NCBI RefSeq assembly: GCF_000143415.4
Contig: NW_003314309.1
Location: forward strand, 427,459 to 491,458
Direction of reading: 5' to 3'
Source: Selaginella moellendorffii
Taxonomy: Eukaryota; Plantae; Lycopodiophyta
DNA: 64,000 nt
The position numbers were made by a program, and so were the translations under genes. The number at the start of each line of letters is the position of its first letter. Positions within the stretch are counted from its first letter, which is position 1. Below the pieces are notes generated by a model. It was not told the origin of the DNA. It was given only the letters and a program-made list of their open reading frames with translations, and searched no databases. This document shows, in pieces, positions 22,501 through 32,900 of this stretch.

Positions 22501-24500
22501 CGAGTGTGCCTGGTCAATGCCATCCCATTGCATACATAAGCCGTACATTACAACCAGTGGAGATGAACTACTCCACGACGGAGAAGGAGTGTTTAGCAGC
22601 AGTCTGGGGTTTCGAGAAACTTCATGCATATTTACATGGTTCTCGGACGTTACTTGAAGGTGACCATGCTGCTGTTACTTCATTATTGAAGCGGAAGAAC
22701 CTGGTTGGTCGTACGGCTCGATGGGCTTTAAAGCTTCAAATATATGATTTCGATGTTGTTCATTGCCCAGGGAGTTCTATGGCTGATGCTGATGCCCTTT
22801 CTCGAGCTCCTCTTCCTTCTCCACTCACTTCTCATGTTTCTGACGAACCTGTTGTTCCAGCATCTGTGGATTTTCTAGATGAGGATTCTGTGCCGTCAGT
22901 GGTTGCTATCCTTGACGTTCAGTATCCACAGGGCGCAGAACAAGATCTACCTTCTCTTGATGAGGTTCGCAAGGCTCAAAAGATTGAGTCGTGGATTCGA
23001 AGGCTTCGAGATGGGTTTGAGAATCCTGCATCACTTGTTGATGACTTGCCTTTCCGGCATTTACATTCTCAATATCGCCTTGAAGATGGCCTTCTTTATT
23101 TTGTGGGGACGAATCCTGATGATCATTTACGGCTGGTGGTGCCTTCGGTGTTTATTCTGCGGTTTCTCCATGCCTACCATGATTCTCCTGTTCTAGGTGG
23201 GCATATAGGACACCGTCGTGTCACTGAGAAGCTGCGCAGGTCTTTCTATTGGCCGGAGATGCAACGTGATATTATCCGGTATGTGCGTAGCTGCGTTTGG
23301 TGTCAAGCTCGTAATACCCCCCCTCATGCGTCAATTGCGGTTTCCCGTCCGTTTGAGTTAGTGGCGTTTGATCTTATGGGACCTTTTCCACGGTCGACTG
23401 CTGGCAATGAGTATGTTATTATTGCTTCTGACTACTTGACTCGTTGGGTGGAAGTTGGTGCTCTTGCTAGCGCCTCTGCAACTGCTGTTGGATACTTCCT
23501 CCTCAATCGAGTGGTGTTCCAGCATTCTTGTCTAGAGTGGATTCTTTTGGATAATGGTCCCGCATTTATGGCTGAGGTATTTCATGTTTTGACGTCTCGA
23601 TTGGGGATATGCCACACTTTCACGAGTGCTTATCATCCACAATCAGACGGTCTGGTGGAACGGCTTGTTCGGACATTCAAAGGGATGATTATGAAGTATG
23701 TGAACTTTCAGCATTCGGATTGGGATGGTTATTTGCCATCTCTTCGGTATGCATATGTCACAGGGGTGCAAAGTTCTGTTGGTGCTTCACCATATAAACT
23801 CTTATATGGTCATGATCCAATATTACCAATGGAGTTGGGTTTACTTTCGCGATTGCCACGAGCTGCCGATGCTAGGTCATGGGATCAATATTTAACGAGC
23901 ATTCTTCCACTTGTCCAAGCAGAGTCTGCCAAACACTTAGGCCGCGTACAAGTAGGACAACAACGGCACTACAACTCTCATCATCGTCCACCTGCGGAGT
24001 ACAAAGTGGATGATTTGGTGTTAGTCCGTTTTCCTCATCTTACGGTACGTGGTTTATCTAAGGGACTTCTTGCGCAGTGGAAAGGACCGTATCGGGTGTT
24101 GCGGCAAGTTGGACCACAAGTTTATGAGGTTCAGCATGACGTTCAGCAGGCCGATCCTCCAAAGATTGTGCATGTGCAGCGGCTAAAACGCTTCGTACAA
24201 AGGGATCAGGAGGAGTTAATACCACCCATAAATCCACCGATGCCTCCTCCTGATATTCCTCCAGATCCCGGCCCATCTACAAGAGAACCCTGATGGTGTT
24301 CCATTATTCCGAGAGGAGGGGATGATATGAGGGCCAAGTGTACAGCTATGTAGCCGTATACTAATATTAGCGTAGTGGGATTTTGGTAGCTGTCGGATTG
24401 GTTTCAATCTAGACCACTCGCTCTTGTATATAAGCTAGGGTTTTTGGGCTAATTGATATGCACATTTCTGTATTCCCTTTCCATATTCCAAGCACTCACA
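19514..24500 (+). mobile_element. Full-length Ty3/Gypsy non-chromovirus, family A copy 1 (Selgy-like by inference), ~5.0 kb
   Basis: 175-bp LTRs at 19514-19688 and 24326-24500 (TGTGAG...CTCACA; the 3' LTR starts TATGAG). 4-bp TSD ATGT. PBS TGGTGGAGG (tRNA-Ala-like). PPT GAGAGGAGGGGA. Gag with CCHC knuckle; PR (VDTGSS), RT (FIDD), RH, IN (HHCC, DDE, GPY); no chromodomain. Confidence 0.95.
19922..24293 (+). pseudogene. gag (19922-20846) and pol (-1 frame, to 24293) of family A copy 1, with stops and frameshifts
   Basis: ORF fragments 20137, 20442, 20873 and 22122. Premature stops in gag and a frameshift near 22150. Confidence 0.9.
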
Positions 24501-27500
24501 ATGTGAATATATATATATATCTTATTGTTGGTTTGATGCCAATCGCTCCACATTATCTAGAAGGGAAAGCATAATTAGAGTATTTAGATTAAATTTTACT
24601 AATGTTATATGTCCAGCTTTCAAAGTCTTTGGCACATGCACAAGAGTATTAAAGGCATTCTTATTGTCGCGAATGTGACTTCGGGTATCGAAAAATATTT
24701 GTCGACTAGTCCTTACGGACATTTTTTCCTTACTGCCGTGACGGCAGGAGATCGGTACAGTTGGATCCCTTTAGTAGCCCCTTTTGTGCTAGTGGAGTTA
24801 ACTGGGCATTTTGAGTGTACTTAAACCGAACGAGCATAAGGACAAAATTCTTATGTGCTATTAGCTAAGCATACTTAGCCCGGTAAGGAGTTCTTGTCTC
24901 GTTTTGTCTTGCACTTGCTAGTGACAAGAACCCTCGCGTATTGAGACTAGTCCCTCAATATCGCTGGATGATAGCTTACCGTGTCTGCCAAACACCCTCG
25001 CTATCACGCCCTTTGTGTTGGTCTCATTTCGGTCCCAAATGCTATTTATGGAATGTGTCTAGATTAGCTCATTTGGCATATCTATGGAATGTAGAGATTA
25101 GCCTGAACACAATGGTGTTCGTCCCATGTCCAAATTCGTAATCTAGTGCCATTCCATATTTAGTAAGTTTCGAGCTTGTCCCAGAGACTAACTCCGGATA
25201 CTAAGGGAGGCTTGGGGTGAAAGCCCAAAGCGTGTGTTCCTCAAGGGGGGGGGGGGGGGGCTATAGGGGGTTCCAAATTGTATAGTAGGGATAGTGGTTG
25301 GAATGCATGTCCGACCATCTAAGACATTAGTTTGGCTCCCACTGGGCTGTGTCGCTCCTTGTTCTGCGTTCGGCTTGGGTCTAAGCCCAAGCTCCACACT
25401 GCTCTAGTTGGTGGAGTACCCTCCTCCTTGCGTTAGGCCACCGGTATGCCAAAATTGTGCCAAACTTCGTCTGACACCATTTTGCGTGCAGGTGTTGGAT
25501 ACGGGGAGCTGGTGCTCGTAGGATTGTACCGAACCCTCATTTCGTAGCACAATAGGCTTGGAGTTTGGCTCCAAATTCAGGTGCTCCACATTTAGTATTA
25601 GAGGAATTGTCTCAGCAATTCCTATCCAAATTTTGTCGGATTTTCTAACTCAAGTTGCATACGTAGAGACTTTTCTAGTAGATCCGAAGCAACCTGTGTA
25701 GGATTAGTTAGATAGCACCATTCGGTAAGAATGTTGTATGCATGTTCAATTACTGATAGAGGCATGCATGCAGTTAGTAGGATGGTGAAGAGGAACTGTG
25801 CTGATGATGCTGAAACCTCTAGACGGGCGAATCGAGAAGAGGAAACTCCTGCTAGAGATGCTGCAGAAGAGGCTGAGGCTGAGTCAGAAGAGGAAGAGCC
25901 AGATGCTGCAGCGCTGCAGCGTACGGCTCAGGAAGTCGAGATTGAGAATTTGCGAAAGGAGATTCGCAAATTGAAGAAGGAGAACAAGAAGAGGAAGAAA
26001 GAAGTTGAGGCAGCTAAACCAGTTAAGCCTAAACAACCGAACTCCTCCTCAAGTTTTGAGGACGATGAAGTTCTGCAACTGGTTGCACGAGTTCCAAAGT
26101 TCAAGCCCTCGAAACCACCCAACTTCAGAGGCATGCGGGACTATCAGGTTTTGGAAGACTGGGTTTACAATATGGAAAACTATTTCATAGCGGCAGACGT
26201 AGATGATTGTACGAAAGTTGCGTGCGCGCAATCCTTTCTCACCGATTATGCCAAAACTTGGTGGCGCCAAGTGTGTGCTGAAAAAGGGCAAACTAGAAGT
26301 TGGACCAAGATGCGGTCTCGTATCCGTAAGAAATACTTGCTAGATGATCTTTGTCTGAGACTTCGCGCGGAGCTACGGCGGTTAAAGCAGCGAGGGGATC
26401 TCATGCATTACGTTAATGCATTTGCTCAAAAGCGCATTATGATTGTAAATATGAGTGACGAAGATGCTTGAAGTTATTTCCTGGAAGGTTTAAGTTCACT
26501 TTCTCGCAATAAGATTTTGAAGTTTAAGCCGAAGACGTATTTGGAGTGTAAGGAGGCAGTGCAGCAAGCTGCCTTTAGTCACTCGCTCATGGAAAAATAT
26601 CAGCAGTCGTATGCTGGTAACTCAGATAAGAATAAGAATTCTGGGAACAAACAAGGTGATCGGAAATAGAGGGTGGAAGGCAAGTTCCACTCTGGAGGCT
26701 CACAAGCAACGGTTAACAAAGATGGTGGTGGTTGGAGACCACTAGCAGCTTCTTCTGGTCCTAGGCCCTCTGTTCCTCCTCCTGGTGGGTATAAGCAGCA
26801 GCAACTTGCAAAACTTGCTCCTAGCGGAACAGGTAGTGTGGGTCATTGTTTCCATTGTGGAGAGTCAGGACATAGGTCCTCGGAATGTCCCAACAAGCAT
26901 AAGACAAGGTCTTGGGTTAATGTCATCAGGGAAGACGGTGGTGGTGAAGTTGAAGGGGTCAATGCAAACTATGAGGAAGAAGAGGTGAGTAACTTTCGTT
27001 GCTTTCCTCAAGCTTTTCTTGCAGTCAATGCAAACACTGATCCGTTGATGTATTTGGTAGGCTTTGTCCGTGGACACCGAATCCGAGTGATGATTGACAC
27101 GGGAGCTACGCACAGCATGATATCCAAAGACTTTGTTAAGTTTTTAAGATTGAATGTTGAGCAAATGTCGCCTATGCACTTCCGGTTTGCGGAAGGTGGG
27201 CAAGTAGCTAGAAAATTTGTGAGTGATGTTCCAATAAAGATATCCAAGTGGAAAGAAAGAGTGGACTTGCTAATGTTGAAGATACCAGATTTTCAGATGG
27301 TGTTTGGTATGGACTTCTTCAACAAATATATAAAAGGGATTTATGGTGCTGGACAAAGTCGTATTACGTTGAAGTTCGAAAGACATCCTAATGTGTCCTT
27401 CTAGTTGCAAAAGCGTTCCTCAAAGGATTGGGATGCAAAGTTCCTGACTGCGAGGGCCGCTCAAAAAGCAGCTAAGGGGGGATGTCAGCCCTTCTGGAAG

Positions 27501-29213
27501 CTGAGAGTGTTGGTGACTCAATTCGAATTGGTGATGGGGTTGATCCTGTACCACAGAAGATATTGGAGTTGTTGGTGCGGAATCAGGATATCTTCCCAAA
27601 GGATTTGCCACTAGGGCTACCTCCTAGCCGTGAGGTTGATCATCGGATTGAGGTTATTCCAGGTTCTAAACCACCTACAAAAGCTCCATATCGGTTGAAC
27701 ATCAAGGAGATGGCTGAACTCAAAAAGCAACTCACGGAGCTTCTTGACAAAGGTTATATCCGACCAAGCAAGTCACCTTATGGAGCGCCGGTCCTTTTTG
27801 TTATGAAAAAGGATGGAACTATGAGGATGTGTATTGACTATCGGGCACTCAACAAGATCACGGTTAATAACAGTTATCCTTTGCCTCGCATTGATGACTT
27901 GTTTGACCAACTCTTAAAGGCTAAGTATTTTACGCGACTTGATTTGCGGTCCAGGTATCATTAGATACAAGTAGCAGATCAGGATGTGGAGAAGACAGCC
28001 TTTAAGACTCGGTACAGATCTTATGAGTTCCTTGTCATGCCATTCGGGTTATGCAATGCTCCAGCAACGTTCAGCATATGATGGATAGAATATTCGGAGG
28101 TTATTTGGACGCATTTGTTGTCCTTTATATCGACGATGTTCTAGTCTTCAGTGAAACGTTGGAGGATCATTTGAAACACTTGGAGCTGGTGTTTCAGAAG
28201 TTGCGCGAACACAAGCTGTATGCTAAGGAAAGTAAATGCGCTTTTGGTCAATTGCGCGTAAACTTTCTCGGACATATAGTTGGTGGTGGCATGATTAAGG
28301 TCGATCCAAAGAAGGTGGAAGCGGTGAAGTCCTGGGAAGTCCCGACCACTGTATCAGATGTTCGATCCTTTCTCGGTTTGGCAGGATACTATCGCAAGTT
28401 TGTCCACAATTTTCCAAGAATTGCTCTTTCGTTGACTGAGTTGACGAAGAGTAGTATTCCGTTTCATTGGACACCAGCTTGCCAGCGTGCTTTTGTACGA
28501 TTGAAGGAGATCTTGATTACGGTTCCTGTTCTTAGGATTCTAGATCTTGATAAACCCTTCGAAGTGCATTGTGATGCGTCTGGCTATGCTATTGGTGCCG
28601 TGTTGCAGCAAAATTGTGACAAAGCGGTCGGTGTTACGCTAAGGCGATATGGTTGTCCCGTTGCGTTCTATTCCAAGAAATTGAATGAAACCCAACGAAG
28701 ATGGCTAACGCATGAGAAAGAGATGTTAGCTATAGTGTCAGCCCTGGAACACTGGAAACACTACTTGGGTGGACACACCAAGGTTTATATAGATAGTAAC
28801 ACACTAAGCTACTTTGCTACGCAGCCTAAGATTACGCCAAAGCAGGCTCGTTGGCAAGAGAAGCTTGCTAGATATGATATTGAAATCATATATAAACTTG
28901 GTAAAGATAATATTGTTTCGGATGCGTTGAATCGTTAGGCTCAATTCCGGGAAATATCGGCAATCAGTTCGGACTGGTTAATGTGAGACACAAAATCCCT
29001 AGGCCCCAAAGTGGAGCCGGAAAGGGTGCCACGTGGTAGTGGCTGAAGCGAGAGCCAAACGAGCGTAACACGTTTGGACCAAAAGCTCCGACTGGAAAAG
29101 TCAAGAGCGGGAGTGGAACTCCCAACGAAGTGCTCGAGGAATGAGCACGAAGCGAGCAAAAAGCGAGGCTCCAAAAAGGGACCCAAAAGGACCAACACAT
29201 GACACGTGGAAGT

Positions 29214-29965
29214 GTCCAAGATGGACTCGAGCTGGAGTCCAAAGTGGAGTCCGAGATGGACTCGAGTTGGAGTCCGAGATGGACCCGAGTTGGAGTCCGA
29301 AGTGGAGTCCGAGATGGACCCGAGATGGAGTCCGAGATGGAGTCCGAGGTGGACCCGAGATGGACCCGAAATGGAGTCCAAGATGGAGTCCGAGATGGAG
29401 TCCGAGGTGGACCCGAGATGGACCCGAAATGGAGTCCGAGATGGAGTCCGAGATGGACCCGAGATGGACCCGAAATGGAGTCCGAGATGGAGTCCGAGAC
29501 GGACCCGAGATGGAGTCCGAGATGGACCCGAAATGGAGTCCGAGATGGACCCGAGATGGAGTCCGAGATGGACCCGAGATGGAGTCCGAGATGGACCCAA
29601 GATGGAGTCCGAGATGGAGTCCGAGATGGACCCGAGATGGAGTCCGAGATGGACCCGAGATGGAGTCCGAGATGGACCAAGACGGAGTCCGAGATGGACC
29701 CGAGATGGAGTCCGAGATGGACTCGAGATGGAGTCCGAGATGGACCGAGACGGAGTCCGAGATGGAGTCCGAGAAGGACCCAAGATGGAGTCCGAGGTCG
29801 AGACCGAGACCGGGACCGAGACCGAGACCGAGACCGAGACCGGGACCGAGACCGAGACAAGGGCCAAGGCCGAGACCGAGCCCGAGTCCAAGTCCGAGTC
29901 CGAGTCCGAGTTCGAGTCCGAGTCCGAGTCCGAGTCCGAGTCCGAGTCTGAGTTCGAGTCTGAGA
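29214..29965 (+). repeat. Hexamer-based tandem array inside the 5' LTR of C
   Basis: Mixed GAGATG/GAGTCC/GACCC 11-12-mer units, then (GAGACC)n, then (GAGTCC)n. Confidence 0.95.
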
Positions 29966-32900
29966 GGGTGAAAGCCCAAAGCGTTCGTCTCCCAGACCCT
30001 GGGGGGTTTGGTGAGCTCCAAAAGTATAGTAGGGGGAGGACTACAGTGGAGCCAGTTTGGCCAGGAAAGGCCAGTTTGGCCCAGGAAGGCCGGACTTAGT
30101 GTTGGGTGATGAGCTGCCCACTGGGAAGTCCAAGACTAGAGTGAACACAGACCGACAAGCGGGGTAGCTTGGTGAAGTGTTCAAGAGCCGGCTCTAGTTC
30201 CCCCGGGAGATCGACTGGCCGATGCTCCCAGTCCAAGTGTGGGTGGCACTACCTACTTGGATACCTGGTGTGGCTCAACGGAACCCGCTCTAAGCCCATG
30301 GCTAGAGCACCCAAGGGCAGAAGGCGAGGAGAGTACCTAGGTGGCTCACGTAAGGCCACGGTGTTCCGAAATGTTGTCCCAAAGGCCTAGACTGTGGAAA
30401 GGAAGAGGAGCAGTCCTCTGGGGTAGTGACCAAGGACACAGTCGTGTGGTGAGGAAGTCCCAGAGGACCGTGGGACTTAGTGGTCGGGCCTGTGGGTCTC
30501 GATCCAGTGGCAGTGTTGGCAAACACGGCCAGGGGCAGGAAGGGACTTAGTGGGGACTGACAGAGGGATATTGGGGAAGGCTATTCCCCTTGTCGGTGGG
30601 CATCCTAAGGATGCTAAGGAGTGGATCTGAGATGACCACTCACGGATGGTTTGCCTAGTCTTGGAGAGCCAAGACGGTGATGCAAGTGGTATTGGACTAC
30701 CAGTGTGGCAAAGGTGATTGGGCATGGCCTTAGCGTAACGGGCTACTATGTCAGTGGTACCTTTGAGTGTCGGTCATGGGATCGGACACGTGGAGCACTT
30801 GGACCAAGTGCAAATGTTGAGTGGCATGGATGCCATTCTCGGGGCTAGCAAGCCCCAAGTCTTGAGTTGAACTTATGGAGGTTGTGAATGAGACTCCTCC
30901 AAGTGGTCGGAGGTGTGGTTAAGTGACTAAAGTAAAATGGAAAATTTAGTCGCTTACAATTTGGTATCAGAGCTGTTCCTTAGTCCGACTTTTATTGGTG
31001 CTCAAGTATATCACCACTGGTGTTGGCAACGGAAGGTCCGAGAAGTGGGCCTATCCTTGAGGAGTAGCAGGTCGGGAAGACATGGCTCTCCATTACAGTT
31101 CATGTGTGAACTTGTAGATAAGGTGGTGGATAGAAAAGGGGCCAATAATGGAACGACTTTGGGATCTTGGGAACAATGCAAGGTTTTCCTCATTGAGTTG
31201 AGGAGGTGATCCAGATGAGCGTTTGACTCAGCAAACGGGCTAATGTAGTTGGGGTAAACAACTATAGTTGGGATCACGGGGAAGATAGAGACTCCAAAAA
31301 CAATAAAGGAGTCACAAGTTTATCCTCACATAGTTGAGGCTGGTGCTCATGAAGGTGAGACCGGAGTGGATGACCGTGAGAGGTCAAGTATGGATGAGGA
31401 CACGAGTCCTCGAAATGGTAGCTGGGGCTACCTCTAATAAATGCTGGAACAACCCAAGGAGTTGGGAGTGTATTAAGTGGATGAGTTGGTATTCTCATCA
31501 CATGGACAAGTAGTCCTAAGGGGCAAAGGTTGCCCCCAGAGAACAAAATCAAGTGTCAGAGTAACACTTGTGAAAATAGTCCTTTTGAGTAGGATAGGAA
31601 TGCAAGAAGTGTATTCCAGTGAGATAGTGCCTCACAAGTAGGACCTTATGGGTCTGTGGATTAACCAAGTCCAAAACTGCTTGATGACTCAAGTAGAGTC
31701 AAGGGATGGTCCTAAAAAGGACTGATGGAAGCATTTGGACTAAGGTGTGTTGTACCCCACAAAAGATGGGGGGGGATCATAGGATCCAAGGATGAGAACA
31801 GAGGGTATCTCATCGATGGCAAAATGTGCCATGCTAAAGTCGTGGGAAAGGTGTTCCCAAAAAGAAAACACCTTTGACACAAAGTTGTGTGTGACCTCTA
31901 TGATGCAGTGCTAACAGATGGTTGGCATGAGAAAGAGTGGTATTGGTCTTGGCAAAGACTTAGACACAAAGAAGAAGTGTCATAGAGGTAGGCTCGTGAA
32001 GCCGATGGTGTGGAGACACCAAATGTGCCAAAGTGTGATACCTTGAGGCTATGTTGGTGGGTTCATGAGAACCCCTTGCCAAAGGAATCCCAATAGAAAT
32101 GGGAATGGCATAGCCTAAGCTGCAGAGCATGCAGTTGGAGTGTGGTGACCCAGATAATGATGGAGGTGTGGAAGCACCAGCAATGAGTTGTAGGACTTGA
32201 CAACTACGAGGCAACTAAGCAAAAGGTGCAAAATAATTGGTTAAACGGGTAGAAGGTAGCTACCCAAACCTTCTTAATGGCATAAGGAAGTTGGATATAC
32301 CCTTACGGGGGATAAGTTGCTTATGTTGTGATATAGTAAGTCAATGTCATAAAAGGAAATACTTATTGTCAAGGAAGCCGTCATTGGGACACCCGAACAC
32401 TCCAGAACACCAGGAGGTGGTGTTTGATGTCGCGAGGGCAGTAGATAAGGCCCAAGGGACTAAGTCCCTAGCGAATGATGGATAGTAGGTGCTATCCAAA
32501 TATCCAAGGTGGCAGAGACAGGAAAAGACTGTCTACTCGAATTGGACAAAGCCAAAAATGGAATTTTGGCAAGGTTAGCAATGGGCATGCAAAGGCCCGT
32601 AAGCAACAACGTAATCCCGGTGTGTGGGATTATAGGGTGAGCATACCTGGATTGAGGAACCACTCCCTAGGCTATTGGGTATGTTCATCCCTAAGAATAC
32701 TTGCTAAGGCATGATAGAAAGTGCAAAGCTATCCTCCTAGTCTGGAGGAGAATGACCGAAGGAAAGGTGTGAAGCCAAAAGCAAGAAGTAAGGGGATAGA
32801 ACCGAACTATAGGAATCGAAGGGCAAAACCAAGGTTGGTTATGCCAGCTGGGAGTGGAGAATCAAGTGGGGGCTCGAGGGTGTTGCCACTAGCAACCGTG

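Noticed and set aside
29214-29800. CRISPR-like regular repeats
   Set aside because: There are no unique spacers, the units are contiguous 6-12-mers, the context is eukaryotic and no cas genes are present.
28941-30099. Long ORFs in all six frames (RS-, SP-, GL-, ET-rich 250-410 aa products), repeated at 34971-36238
   Set aside because: They are by-products of the stop-free hexamer array in the C LTRs, not SR proteins or extensins.
30098-30150. Hammerhead ribozyme (retrozyme) in C LTRs
   Set aside because: GTGATGAG is not the CTGA(N)GA core and no properly placed GAAA or cleavage triplet is seen. The CTGATGAG at ~47191 is not conserved in other copies.
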